A stretch of DNA of 64,000 nucleotides from Candidatus Bathyarchaeota archaeon (GCA_963833125.1 CAWHWX010000014.1:32001-96000); one strand, 5' to 3'; counted from the first letter of the stretch, positions 1-11,346 are shown. Notes: generated by a model from the letters alone, not told the origin. Numbers and translations: made by a program.

Positions 1-596
1 ATAGCAGTAACTATCAGGTAGGTTGGAACAGTGATGAGGCAATACAGTTTGTAGGCACGAATTCCAAATATTGCAATTAAGATGAGTACGATTAGTACCA
101 CGAAGGATAGAGGAAATCCCCAGGGTACTGAAGCCAGGTTGATCGCAAGCTGAGTCAGATAACTACTGTGAATCGCGGCTCCAACTCCGAAGAAGGATGG
201 GCCAAGTCCTATCACGAACATGTCCCATAGATTGAACACGTTGAAGTAGATCAGGCCCGCACCTATGAAGATCATCTGGATGGTTGCGTATAGCGGTCCC
301 ACCATTCGAGCGGACCAAACATAATCGCCCCCGCTTCTGGGCATTCCTGCGCTAAGTTTCCCATACACGTATGCCATACAGAGAGGCGGAATGCCCCCAA
401 TCGCAAAGCAGACGTACAGGTTAGCGCCAGGGAAGAAATAGGGCGCGAACAGGACAGTCGTGACAAATCCGTTGATGAGGAGGACCATTCCTTGCGACAT
501 AAGAAAGTGATCCCTAAAACCAAGCGCCCTGACCAGCCCTGTTGCTTCTCGCAGGAACACCGGACGCTTAGCAGACGTACTGTCTGATGCAGTCAA
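1..596 (-). CDS. APC-family amino acid/polyamine permease (runs off window edge)
   Basis: Not in ORF track. Manual translation from TTG at 596: TASDSTSAKRPVFLREATGLVRALG...AGMPRSGGDYVWSAR, many TM segments; same motifs as 24911..26540. Confidence 0.85.
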   Translation of the reverse strand, partial: MTASDSTSAKRPVFLREATGLVRALGFRDHFLMSQGMVLLINGFVTTVLFAPYFFPGANLYVCFAIGGIPPLCMAYVYGKLSAGMPRSGGDYVWSARMVGPLYATIQMIFIGAGLIYFNVFNLWDMFVIGLGPSFFGVGAAIHSSYLTQLAINLASVPWGFPLSFVVLIVLILIAIFGIRAYKLYCLITVPTYLIVTA

Positions 597-707
597 ATAA
601 TTGAGCCTCCGGAGAATAGTTGAGTTTAGTAAATAAGATCTTCGCAAATCTGTCTTAGCGGTCGGCAAAATTCAAGGCTTAAATACATTTCAGAGAATTT
701 CTTTTGC

Positions 708-1013
708 ATGGTCCATATTTTTATGATGTATAATGTGCTGCCGGGAAAAATGGAAGAATATAGAAAGCACTCACGGACAACCGACCAACCAACATTGAAG
801 GGCCAACCTGGGATAAGGAAATTTACAGTTTACGAGATCAAAGGAGCTCAGACCGGTAAGTCACCGTACCAGGTCGTAGAAGACATCGAAGTGGACAGCT
901 GGGACGCTTTCCTGAAAGTTGCCGCCTCTGACGCTGGCAAGAAACTCGGTGAGATGTGGAAAAAGTATTGCGATGAGGCTTCCCAAATTACCGTCTTCGG
1001 AGATCCAATCTGA
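708..1013 (+). CDS. REDY-like/HapK (EthD-like dimeric alpha-beta barrel) protein
   Basis: YNVLPG..EEY...RTTDQP..PYQVVEDIEVDSWDAF pattern; TATA-like CTTAAATA ~28 nt upstream. Confidence 0.6.
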   Translation: MVHIFMMYNVLPGKMEEYRKHSRTTDQPTLKGQPGIRKFTVYEIKGAQTGKSPYQVVEDIEVDSWDAFLKVAASDAGKKLGEMWKKYCDEASQITVFGDPI

Positions 1014-1181
1014 AATCCGCTTTTCTTCGCATTATCTGATAGTTACTGATTTCGTTCTTCCGGGAATCCCACATCTGATTCGTTATCGGAGTGTCGTTTA
1101 CTGTCGGCTCAGGCTAAACCATCCGCCTATAACGGATGGAGCAGCCTGAAACTTTTCAATGATTTAATTGAGGTTCAGATC

Positions 1182-2410
1182 GTGCCGGAGATCGGCGGCA
1201 GGATCATCCAATTGAAGCTAGACGAGTTTGAATATCTCTGGGTGAATGATCATCTGGCAGGTCAACCGGCTACACCGACAGGGCTCGGCGTTGATGGTGG
1301 TTGGCTGAATTATGGAGGGAGCAAGATCTGGCCCGCTCCGCAAGGTTGGGGACGCGATGATCGTTGGCCAGGGCCGCCAGACGCAGTACTCGACGGAAGC
1401 CCTCACGTCGGGTCCATTCTAGTTCCCGAGGGCGAATGTGCCTCAGTGCAAGTAGTTAGCCAGAGGGATGACCGGAGTGGCATTCAGTTCACACGTACCC
1501 TCAAAGTCTGCAATAATGCAGCACGCGTTAGCATCGACTGCAAGATGGAAAATATCGATACTAAACCGAGGCGTTGGGGGATCTGGCAGGTCACACAGCA
1601 CAATGTCGCAAACAGAAATGGGACTGGATTCGACGAAAAAATCCGCGTCTACTGCCCCATCAACCCTCGAAGCATTCACCCCAAGGGCTACAAGGTAATC
1701 TACGGTCCGACGGACAATCCCGAATTCAACTCCAAGAACGGAATGATGTCCACTCGATACCTGCATTTGGTTGGTAAGATAGGGATGGATTGTTCAGCTG
1801 GGTGGTATGCGCTAGTAAACGGCACCCACGGCTATGTGTTTGTCGAGCGGTTCATTTGGGAGAGCGAAAGAGAATATCCTGATGACACGTCGTTCGAACT
1901 CTGGACTCAAGGCTCGGGAACCATTCGAGCCTGGGGAAGGCAGGTCAAGATGTCGGATAAGCTCGCGGAAAACCCTTACGTTCTGGAAACCGAAGCCCTA
2001 AGTCCATTTGCTCAACTAGTACCCGGACAGAGTAGTTCCTACCACAGCGACTGGTATGTCGCAAAAATCGGCGGAAACTTGCCGATTGTGGATTGTACTG
2101 ACGTGGGCATAACCTGCGTTCCGTTACTGGCGAGTCTTTCCGCAGGAAATCTCACCATACCGCCGGGCATTTTGGCGTATTTGAAAACGGTCAAGCGGCA
2201 TTAGCGTTTATGGACGCGGATGGAAATGAAACTGGTCGCGGGTTTGCGAGGATATCCGTCTCACCGAAGGAGCCGCTTATGCTTGAAGAATTGGGCAAGC
2301 TTGCCGAGGGGGTTGAGGTCCCTTCAGGGACCGTTCAATTGTCGCTAATCGTGATCGACGGTTCAGGAGAAACAGTTGGGAGCTTAGCTCTTTCAAGAAT
2401 TTCGAATTGA
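1182..2410 (+). CDS. DUF4380-like / galactose-mutarotase-fold protein (frameshift ~2160; true start probably upstream)
   Basis: VPEIGGRII, WLNYGGSKIWPAPQ motifs; frame open upstream of 1182 (GWSSLKLFNDLIEV); continues GHFGVFENGQAALAFMDADG into the 2210..2410 frame. Confidence 0.6.
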
Positions 2411-2439
2411 TGTAGAGCGCAGTACGATTTTTCCCCAGC

Positions 2440-3614
2440 TCACCAGTCCGCTATAGAACCGTCGTCGTAGTAGACATTGGGTATGTCCTTGGCGGTGTAG
2501 GGTATGCGTCGCAGAAGGTCTTCATTTAGTTCGAACCCCAAGCCGGGTCCGCGGGTAGCTGTAAGTAACCATCTTCGAATTTCAAAGGCGGTTTTAGCAG
2601 ACCTTTCCTTGGGTTCGTATCAGCCGGAATCATTTCTTGAATCAAAAAGTTCGGGATGCTTGCGTCCAGATGGATTGAGGCGGCTGTGGCTACTGGACTG
2701 TTTGGGTTGTGAGGAGCGACTGTGGCATAGTAACATTCGGCTAGGGCGGCAATTTTCTTACACTCGAGGATTCCGCCTGCGTGACAAACGTCGGGTTGTA
2801 TGATTTGTGCTCCATGCTTTTCCAGAAGTGAACTGAAACCGAACTTGGTGTAGATTCTTTCGCCTGTGGCGATAGGAACATTCGACTTTGCGCATACTTG
2901 AGCCATCATTTCAACGTTTTCGGGTGGGACTGGTTCTTCGAAGAAGAGGAGGTTGTATGGTTCGAGTTCTTTAGCTAGAATTGTGGCTGTGCTCGGGTCT
3001 AAGCGTCCATGAGCATCCAACATTAGGTCGATTTTTTCTCCAACGGCGTTTCGGACTGCTGCAACTCGCGCTACGGTTTCCTTTATTGGGCTTCTTTTCA
3101 TTACGTCGTGTCGAGACGGAATTCCGGAGACCGTGTAAGCGTTCGCGCCTTCCGTCAGGAATTTCAGTGCCTTGAATCCCTTTGCTACAATTTGTTTAGA
3201 GTTCTTAGCTAGGTCTTCTGGTGTAAGGCCGGAGACATGTGTGTACGCTTTTACTTTGTCTCGCGAAGGTCCGCCTAGCAATTTGTAGACGGGGCAGCCT
3301 AAGCTCTTGCCTAGAATGTCCCAGAGCGCCTGTTCCACACCAGAGATTGCGCTGCATAGTACGGGGCCTCCCTTCCAGAAAGTTCCTCGATACATTGCCT
3401 GCCAGTGGCGTTCGATTTCTGTTGGGTCTTTTCCTACCAAGTAGCGTTTGAGTTCTAATACTGCGGTCTCAACTGTCTTTTCTCTACTCTCAAGCGTCCC
3501 TTCTCCATATCCAACTAAACCGTTACTTGTTTCGACTTTCACGAACAGCCAATTGCGCCATTTGTCTGCCTTTCTTTCGCCTGCGAGGAATGTCTTCACA
3601 TCAGTTATCTTCAA
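2440..3614 (-). CDS. dgoD: Galactonate dehydratase-like enolase-superfamily enzyme (frameshift ~2550)
   Basis: WLFVKVET..GYGEGTLE, SAISGVEQALWDI, DAHGR, FFEEP, ATGER, QPDVCHAGG, APHNP; alternative frame gives C-terminus GLGFELNE...DGSIADW*. Confidence 0.85.
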
Positions 3615-3638
3615 GGTAAGAGAACTCCAATCTCAGCA

Positions 3639-4727
3639 TCAGTAATCGGCATCAAGTTTAGTTGTTTCTTTTAGATACTGAGCTAGGTTCTCTTCCGTGT
3701 AGGTGCCCTTGTATGGAGTTGGTTTTGAATTTGCGTCGCCATAGGTTTGTTGTATGTATGGCGATACTTCCTGACCGAGCAGTTGCAGATATCCTTCCAC
3801 ATCACCGCTAACCGACGCCGCGATGTGCGTGAAGCCAAGTTTAATGTAAGTCTCGTAGAATTTGATAATGTCCTCACGGGTGGAAGCAACGAGGAAGTTC
3901 TTCTCGACAGTCTCCCAAGAAACCCTGTTGCCGTGTTCTTCCATATAGCGAGGGTCTGAAACAGCCAAATCAAAGAAGACGGGAAGAAGGGTTGACTTCC
4001 ACAGCTTCAGCGAGTTCAATGCCTTCTCCTGGTCGTTTTTCGAGTATCCAACGTGAACGAGGAGTGATTTCTCAATCTGATCCGATCTTCGTCCCACGAG
4101 CCTCGCACCCTTCTCCAAGGCGGGAAATAGTTTCTGGGTAAAGAGGGAAGTGTCTTCCAGCGGAAGGGACATGAAGCTATCGCCAAGCATCCCAGCGACT
4201 TCCGCTCCTCGGGGTCCCGTTGAGGCTATGTGGATTGGAATGGGCAGGTTGGGTTTGTCGTAGAGGTTTGCCTTGGAAACCCTGTAGAATTTTCCCGAAT
4301 GAGTTACGAATTTTCGATTCCAGAGCTTCCTGATTATTACGACGGCTTCCTTCAAACGTTCAAGATTCTCTGCGTGAGTTGGCCATTCGAAACCGCAAGG
4401 AACCTCGTTTAGGGCTTCACCTGTACCGACTCCGAGAAACACTCGGCCTGGGTAGAGGAGTGCCAGTGTCGCAAAGGCCTGGGCGACGATTGGGGGTTGG
4501 TAGCGAAAGAGTGGGGCGGTTATGCTTGTGCCGAGAATTGCATTTTTCGTTAGTGCGCCGATAGCAGAGAGTATTTCCCAAGAGAAACCTCCGTGGCCAT
4601 TAGTGTGATACCAAGGATGGAAGTGGTCCGAAGCCCACACTGCATCTAACCCGTTTCTTTCTGCGCTTACCCCGTACCTCACCAGGTCCGGGGGGGCGTA
4701 TTCTTCGGATGCGGCTACGAATCCCAA
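3639..4727 (-). CDS. LLM-class F420-dependent oxidoreductase, G6PDH (Fgd)-like
   Basis: EEYAP..LV, SDHFHPW, VAQAFATL, GVGTGEALNE motifs. Confidence 0.85.
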   Translation of the reverse strand: MGFVAASEEYAPPDLVRYGVSAERNGLDAVWASDHFHPWYHTNGHGGFSWEILSAIGALTKNAILGTSITAPLFRYQPPIVAQAFATLALLYPGRVFLGVGTGEALNEVPCGFEWPTHAENLERLKEAVVIIRKLWNRKFVTHSGKFYRVSKANLYDKPNLPIPIHIASTGPRGAEVAGMLGDSFMSLPLEDTSLFTQKLFPALEKGARLVGRRSDQIEKSLLVHVGYSKNDQEKALNSLKLWKSTLLPVFFDLAVSDPRYMEEHGNRVSWETVEKNFLVASTREDIIKFYETYIKLGFTHIAASVSGDVEGYLQLLGQEVSPYIQQTYGDANSKPTPYKGTYTEENLAQYLKETTKLDADY

Positions 4728-4854
4728 CTTGATTCTCAGTACAAGTCACCTTAACCTCAGAGCCCAAGCGGCCGAAATAGCATATCGAAGACTATACATT
4801 TACGGTTATCACAAAGACCTTACTCTGGCAATTCAATTTCGAGACGATGGATGC

Positions 4855-5728
4855 TTGGCTGATAATGTGAAATTACTGCTCGACGCCGCACTCCACGTTG
4901 GGGGAGGGTGCAATTTGGGATGACAAACGTCAGGTGCTTTACTGGGTGGATATCGATCAGGGATTAGTTCACGTTTACGATCCAGCTACCAGGACAAACC
5001 GTTCAATTCCGGTCGGCCAAGCGGTAGGCACCGTGGTACCGCGACGGTCTGGTGGACTCATGTTGGCTGTTCGTGACGGTTTCATGTCACTCGATCTCGA
5101 TACGGGGAAAACATCCTTAGTCGCTACTCCTCAGGGTCACAATTCAGAAAACCGATTCAACGACGGTAAGTGCGACCCGGCTGGACGGTTTTGGGCTGGG
5201 ACGATGGAGACAGAGACACGTAAAGGTGCCTTGTTCCGCCTTGACCCTGACCTATCGGTTCATCAAATGCTGGATGGCGTTGGCTGCTCGAATGGGATTG
5301 TTTGGAGCTTGGATAGGAAGACAATGTACTATATCGACACTAGGACGAGGAGGATAGATGCGTTTGATTACGAACTCGGGGCCGGAGTCATCTCGAACCG
5401 CCGTCCCATTGTAACTGTTCCCGAAGAGCATGGTCATCCCGACGGCATGACCATGGATGCGGAAGGAAAACTATGGGTGGCGCACTGGGACGGCTGGTGC
5501 GTCTGTCGCTGGGACCCAGCCACAGGGGAGCTGCTTCAAAAGATCCGATTACCAGTCGCACGCCCCACCTCCTGTGCATTTGGGGGTGCAGGACTCGATA
5601 CACTCTACGTCACCTCAGCAACCACCGAGCTAGACAGTGCGGCCTTGGCGAAACAGCCTGAGGCGGGTGGGCTATTCATTTGCAACCCCGGTGTTCGAGG
5701 CCTATCGACACTCTCCTTCGGGGGCTGA
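4855..5728 (+). CDS. SMP-30/gluconolactonase family sugar lactonase (frameshift ~4888)
   Basis: LGEGAIWD, RFNDGKCDPAGRFWAGTM, SNGIVWS, PDGM, PTSCAFGG; N-terminus ADNVKLLLDA lies in the neighbouring frame. Confidence 0.9.
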
Positions 5729-5743
5729 CACATCAAACGAATT

Positions 5744-6523
5744 CTAAGCTATCAGCTGCATAACTCGTTTCAATGATTCTTCTGATTTGACTGTGGGATA
5801 ATACTCTAGGCCGACGTAACCATTATACTGTAATTCGTCGATTCTGTTGAAAAGGTGCCTGTAGTTCAATTCACCCAAATCCAATTCATGTCTTCCGGGT
5901 ACTCCCGCGCCGTGAATATGTCCAATTGAGCGAATATTCTTCTCGATGGTTTGTAGTATGTTGCCTTCCATTATCTGCATGTGGTATATGTCGTAAAGCA
6001 GTCTGAGACTTGAACTGCCGACCTCGTTAACCACCGCAAATCCTAACTTTGCTGAATCAAGAAAGTATCCGGGATGGTCAACTAGTGTGTTCAAGGGCTC
6101 CAGCAAGAGCATCATGTCTTCCCTTTCAACTAGCTTGCAAGCTTCCCTCAAAGTGTGGACTATGTTTTTCGTCTGCCGCTTCTTCGTCAAACCCTTCAGC
6201 GTGTTTCCGCTACACGTTATCATTTTCCGACAATCCAGCATCTGAGCGACTTGGATTGTTTTTCTGAGCCGCTTCAAGTACCTCGACTTGTCGCGGGAGT
6301 CTACCAGACTACCTCCAATGTCTCCGACATTGGAGTTCACAACAATATCACACACCTCTACCTTGCAATCCTTAACAACCTGTTGGAGAGCCCTCATATC
6401 CTTGGCATCTTGGTGCAGCCAGAATTCTATTGCCGGGATACCAATCTCCGCAGCTTTTCTGGCCCTTTCGGCGAACGGATATTCGGTCAGCAACGTTTCG
6501 ATGCATACCGAGAATTTGACCAT
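5744..6523 (-). CDS. Hydroxypyruvate isomerase-like TIM-barrel isomerase/epimerase
   Basis: LEPLNTLVDHPGY, LLYDIYHMQIMEGN, PGRHE..GELNY, GLEY. Confidence 0.85.
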   Translation of the reverse strand: MVKFSVCIETLLTEYPFAERARKAAEIGIPAIEFWLHQDAKDMRALQQVVKDCKVEVCDIVVNSNVGDIGGSLVDSRDKSRYLKRLRKTIQVAQMLDCRKMITCSGNTLKGLTKKRQTKNIVHTLREACKLVEREDMMLLLEPLNTLVDHPGYFLDSAKLGFAVVNEVGSSSLRLLYDIYHMQIMEGNILQTIEKNIRSIGHIHGAGVPGRHELDLGELNYRHLFNRIDELQYNGYVGLEYYPTVKSEESLKRVMQLIA

Positions 6524-6682
6524 CGCTGAATCAACTTGTCTTGATTTCCTTCATCTAATTGTCTTTCTACCATTAAATCGAATGTTGACCTCATGTGAGC
6601 AGCATAATCAGACTGTTATCTTGGATGGAAAGCGGGAAATATGATCGAGTGCATTCCTAGAGTCAGGAATTGGTGCTTCTGA

Positions 6683-7681
6683 ATGCGTGCTAAGATTGCG
6701 GTTTGGGGCGTTGGTCGAATTGGAATCGTACACGCCCGGAACGTGGCCAGTTCCGAAAAGGCAGAACTTGTAGCGATAGTAGACCCCATTAGGTCACTGG
6801 CTGAAAAGGCGGCTAAAAGATTCGGTGTCCCAGCATATTCAAGCCCATCGGAGATGTTGAGGGAGGAATCTGTGAACGGAGTAATAATCGCCACTCCAAC
6901 AAAATTGCACGCTCAGCATGTGAAGTTGGCTTCGAACGCTGGCGTACCGATGCTCCTTGAAAAACCAATTGCACACAATATGAGGGAAGCTGACTCAATC
7001 GTATCAGCCGTGAAACGTTCGGGAGTGAAGTTCATGATGGGGTTCATGCGGCGTTGGGACGCTAGCTATCAAGAGGCAAAGGGTAGCATAGTTGATGGCT
7101 CGATTGGTAAACCGATTTTGGTAAAGACTTGTGCGAGAGACCCATCTCCGCCCCCTGAGGATTACATAAAACATAGCGGAGGAATCTTCGTGGACCAAAG
7201 CATACACGATATTGACGTCGCACTCTGGCTGATGAATAGCAGGGTTAAGACTGTTTCCGCAACGGGGAAGGCGCTAGTATATCCCCAATTCGCAAAATAT
7301 GGAGATTACGACAATGCGGTAGCTGTTCTTGAGTTCGAGTCGGGTGGGCTTGGAATAATCGAGAGTAGTCGTACCTCAAAGTATGGGTATGACTTGAGGA
7401 CTGAGGTGTTAGGTAGCCGAGGAGCGGTTAGCATTGGCAACGTCAAGAATGATTCAACGGAGTTATGGACCAGTCAAGGCAACGTGAAGGGGCAATACCC
7501 CTGGTTCTTAGAGAGGTTCGACGAGGCATACAGAAACGAGAGCGAAGGTTTTTGCAACTACATCTTAAACGGAGGTAAGTCCCCCGTCCCGGTCGATACG
7601 GGAAGAGCCGCGCTAGAAGTGGCGATAGCGGCAAGAACCGCAGCCAAGACGCATAAGCTAGTTTCGATTCCACCCGGTTAA
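6683..7681 (+). CDS. myo-inositol 2-dehydrogenase-like Gfo/Idh/MocA oxidoreductase
   Basis: GVGRIG Rossmann motif, EKP, GFMRRWD, SGGIFVDQSIHDID, YGYDLRTEV, FLERFDEAY. Confidence 0.8.
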   Translation: MRAKIAVWGVGRIGIVHARNVASSEKAELVAIVDPIRSLAEKAAKRFGVPAYSSPSEMLREESVNGVIIATPTKLHAQHVKLASNAGVPMLLEKPIAHNMREADSIVSAVKRSGVKFMMGFMRRWDASYQEAKGSIVDGSIGKPILVKTCARDPSPPPEDYIKHSGGIFVDQSIHDIDVALWLMNSRVKTVSATGKALVYPQFAKYGDYDNAVAVLEFESGGLGIIESSRTSKYGYDLRTEVLGSRGAVSIGNVKNDSTELWTSQGNVKGQYPWFLERFDEAYRNESEGFCNYILNGGKSPVPVDTGRAALEVAIAARTAAKTHKLVSIPPG

Positions 7682-7687
7682 TGCGTT

Positions 7688-8749
7688 TTGAAGGCAGAAA
7701 TTATGAAGGAGGTTATGGGCGCGGTTGTGAATTTTGACGCTAAACCACATTCAGTTGAACTGCGTGAAGTCTCGATCCCAGAGATAGGCGAGGAGGATGT
7801 CCTAGTTGCAGTTCAAGCTGTAGGAATTTGTGGGAGCGATGTCCATCAATATAATGGTACGATAAGTTACAAGGTAAATTACCCGGTCATATTGGGACAC
7901 GAATTTTCCGGAATCGTCGCAAAGACCGGCTCGCGCGTTCACATGTTCAAGAAGGATGATAGTGTGGTTAGCGAGACGGCTGCGGTTGTGGATTTGTATT
8001 CGCCCATTTCTCGCTCGGGCAACTACCACCTAGATCCAAGCAGACTTGGTTTCGGCTATGGAACTGATGGTGCGATGGCTGAATTTGTTCGAGTTCCCGA
8101 ACGTTGCCTCCACCGAATCCCAGACGGTTTGTCTTTCGAGAGAGCCGCCTTAGCCGAACCTTGTTGCGTTTCCTATGACGTAATCTGTGTCAACTCGAGG
8201 ATCCGCCCTGGTGACAGCGTCGCCGTAATTGGACCTGGCCCTATTGGGCTGCTCTGCATGCTCCTAGCAAAGCTCTCCGGCGCGAACCCATTGGTAGCTA
8301 TTGGCATTCCAATCGATGCCAAGCGACTAAAGATTGCTTCGCAAAACGGTGCAACGCATACTATAGGTGAGCAAGGTGAGGACGTTGCGGGGGAGACTAA
8401 GACTCTTGGTGATGGCTACGGGATGGATGTTGTCATCGACGCCTCAGGACATAGCTCCACCTTGAAACTCGCGCTCGATATTGTTCGTCCGGGAGGGCAC
8501 ATAACTAAGGTAGGTTGGGGGCGTCAACCCTGCAACTTTTCCCTAGACCCTCTGGTAGCAAAGGCAGTTACATTGCAGGGCAGTTTCAGTCACACCTGGC
8601 CCATGTGGGAAAAAGTGTTGGCCATGCTCGCGAGCAATCAAATCAACCTCGACCTAATCATAAGCCGCGTTGCTCCCCTAGCCGAATGGCAGAACTGTTT
8701 CGAAGCCATGCACACCGGCGAGATTGTGAAAGGCGTACTGAAACCGTGA
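7688..8749 (+). CDS. Zn-dependent polyol/threonine dehydrogenase (MDR family)
   Basis: GICGSDVH, GHEFSG, EPCC, GPGPIG; structural-Zn Cys cluster absent. Confidence 0.85.
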   Translation: MKAEIMKEVMGAVVNFDAKPHSVELREVSIPEIGEEDVLVAVQAVGICGSDVHQYNGTISYKVNYPVILGHEFSGIVAKTGSRVHMFKKDDSVVSETAAVVDLYSPISRSGNYHLDPSRLGFGYGTDGAMAEFVRVPERCLHRIPDGLSFERAALAEPCCVSYDVICVNSRIRPGDSVAVIGPGPIGLLCMLLAKLSGANPLVAIGIPIDAKRLKIASQNGATHTIGEQGEDVAGETKTLGDGYGMDVVIDASGHSSTLKLALDIVRPGGHITKVGWGRQPCNFSLDPLVAKAVTLQGSFSHTWPMWEKVLAMLASNQINLDLIISRVAPLAEWQNCFEAMHTGEIVKGVLKP

Positions 8750-8815
8750 GAAAGCTTCAGATTCAAAGACTAGGTAGTCTCTAGGATCGCACCCAAACCC
8801 TCTTGGAGATGTGTT

Positions 8816-8843
8816 CCTGGTTCTAATCCCGGCGGGCGCGGCA
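8816..8843 (+). repeat. Degenerate tRNA 3'-end fragment (T-arm plus acceptor 3' strand)
   Basis: cctgg-TTCTAAT-cccgg-cgggcgc-g-gca; canonical 5/7/5/7/1/3 spacing. Confidence 0.4.
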
Positions 8844-9020
8844 ACCCGTAGCTGGGATGGGGGGGGTGGTGTAATTTGTGGGGAGAACACGTTACTCATC
8901 CCTAACGGCGGTGGAGAAAAGAAAACCATCATTCGAAGTAGCTGTGCCTCTTTTTCGGTTCAAACCATTCCCCACTCGGACCCTATTGAGTTCAAACCCG
9001 GATTTTGCAAGACTCAGATT

Positions 9021-9045
9021 CTGTAAATTGGAGTCAGAATCCCCT
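9021..9045 (+). repeat. Short third copy of the GTAAATTGGGGTCAGAATCCCCT repeat
   Basis: ctgtaaattggagtcagaatcccct; 22/25 identical to 18290..18314. Confidence 0.6.
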
Positions 9046-9124
9046 ACCCCATCTCTGCTTTAGTTGGCTCGGTACGAGGCTCTCCCCAAGAAACGAAGAC
9101 GGCGGGAAAATGCGATTAATTCGT

Positions 9125-9274
9125 TCAGAGTTTGTGTTCTAGTGCTTTGATTCGGCGTTCGAGTTCTTCGACCCGTCTCGTGAGACCGTGGATAGCTTTG
9201 TGATGACCGTAACTGTGATCCACAAGATCGTCGAACAGTTTCTTCAATTCCCGAGCGGTCTTCTCTTCCACCAA
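9125..9274 (-). CDS. 49-aa coiled-coil microprotein, hypothetical
   Basis: Manual translation MVEEKTARELKKLFDDLVDHSYGHHKAIHGLTRRVEELERRIKALEHKL*; heptad pattern. Confidence 0.5.
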   Translation of the reverse strand: MVEEKTARELKKLFDDLVDHSYGHHKAIHGLTRRVEELERRIKALEHKL

Positions 9275-9445
9275 ACCCAATCGACCAACAATTGATCCCC
9301 CCGTTATTTATTCATGATTTTAACAGGTAGTTTTGTGTCGGTCTCGTACTGCACACATAAGTAATCTTCCTGAGATTCATCTATAGTCCTCCAAGCGTCA
9401 AGTCAAAAGTTTTTCACCAGCATTCGACTGCGCAGCTGCGGGCGT

Positions 9446-11235
9446 ATGACTACGGCAGCAGCGAAGAAGACCTCGGAGGAACGGGAAGAGGCAAGAATCG
9501 GTATGCTCACCATAATCTCCGGAATCATCGGTCTTAGCCGCAGGATTTCTCGCTTATCATTCTTTACCATCTGATAGGCTTGTTGACAAACCTATTTTTC
9601 TATCAGAAATTCAATTTTTCGTTCGCGTCGCCGCAATACAATACACTTGGATTACTGGTCATACTGGTCCCAGCTTTCGGTGGATTGATTGCCGGCTTAA
9701 TGATCAAGTACGGATCAGCGAAAATTATAGGTCACGGGATACCTGAAACGATCGAGTCCGTTCTCCTATCGAAAAGCAAAATCGAACCAAAAGTCGGACT
9801 TCTGAAAGCTCTTTCCGCTGCCTTCACGATCGGATCCGGTCAACCCTTCGGGGCGGAGGGGCCGATAATTCAGACCGGTGGCGCCTTTGGTTCGTTTATC
9901 GGGCAACTGATCAGCGTTACTGGTTCTGAAAGAAGGATTCTGTTAGCCTGTGGCGCTGCCGCGGGGATGGCCGCGACATTCGGCACACCGATATCGGCAG
10001 TCTTTCTGGTGATAGAACTTCTTCTGTTCGAGTTTCGCGTCAAGTCATTGATCCCAGTGGCAGTAGCCTCGGCGATAGGTGCGTGGATGCATATCTACTT
10101 GATATCTCCTCAACCCCTGTTCTCGACATCTGTGCACAGTTTCGGAGGGCTCGACTCACTCCCATTCTACGTCCTGCTGGGGATATTATCGGGGTTGCTT
10201 GGAACGGGCCTTTCCCGTGGTCTTTACAAAACAGAAGACGCGTTTCGTAAACTTCCTCTCGGTCAGCCGTGGTTGCCGATTCTTGGCGGCCTCGCCGTCG
10301 GCGTGATCGGCTTTGTGGTACCCAAGATACTCGGCGTGGGATACGATGTGATAAACGCGATTATCAATTCCAAAGTGACGTTAGAACTGGCAACTCTGAT
10401 CTTGATTACGAAGGCAGTGGCTTGGCTGCTTGCGATGGGGTCTCAAACTTCGGGTGGTACACTCGCGCCCCTCTTCATGGTTGGTAGCGCACTTGGCCTC
10501 ATCTTTGGAACCATTGTAGTTGCGTTCTTTCCAGGACTCGGTATAGTTCCTACAGTGTTTGCGATTGCAGCCATGGCCGCTGTATTTGGAACCGCGTTGC
10601 GGGCTCCTTTCACATCAATCGTGTTCGCCCTGGAAGTCACGCAGGCCTACCAGGGAGTTCTCCCAGTAATCATAACGGTAGTGATAGCAGAATTGGTAGG
10701 TGAGTATCTCATGGCAGATTCTATTATGACCGAAAAGTTGGCTCGAAGGGGAATGAGAGTCCGTCACATATACGAATTCAATCCATTGCGGCAGGTCAGA
10801 GTTTCTTCGCTAATGTCCCCGCTCCAAGCAATTGACGCAAGAGAGAAGGTCGTCGATTTGTTCAAGAAGATTAACAGTCCTGGTAATGAGCTCGGTAAGA
10901 GGAAACACATTGTTGTTCTCAAAGACGGGAAAGCCGTAGGTGTTGTCGACAGACCTCAATTGTTTGAGGGAGCCTCGAAGGCTGATCCGGATATGATGGT
11001 AGAAGTGATTTCCTCCAAGTCCTTCCTAACTGTTCCTGAGGATGAATTTGGCTTCGAGGCGATGAGGTTAATGACACTGAATAATGCTCCATTCCTTGTG
11101 GTCGAGAACAAGGAGCATAATCCAGTAGGATATCTTTCGAGAGGAGACCTAATCCGGGCTCAGAAAGACAAGATCTCGGACGATACAATCGTTGAGAAAG
11201 GCCTCTTGGCTCGATTTATGCAAAAACGACCATAG
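9446..11235 (+). CDS. ClC-family chloride channel/antiporter with CBS domains (frameshift ~9537)
   Basis: GHGIPE, GAEGPIIQ, GGTLAPLF signature motifs; C-terminal CBS pair; N-terminus from ATG 9446 in another frame. Confidence 0.9.
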
Positions 11236-11346
11236 AACATAGAACAATCTAACAACTCTTCAAATCGCTATACTCCACCCTGTTTTCATGTATGTGATAT
11301 CCATGGTGTGAGACTTAGAAGGTAAATCGCCGTCGTTCGCGTTTTC

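Noticed and set aside
272-523. Short overlapping or antisense ORFs in the track (e.g. 272..523, 17295..18143, 58496..59089, 62290..62883, 63624..63974)
   Set aside because: Shadows of well-supported genes, with no motifs of their own.
8859-8867. Poly-G tract as a phase-variation switch
   Set aside because: Intergenic, not in a credible ORF or promoter, and homopolymer length is unreliable in this assembly.
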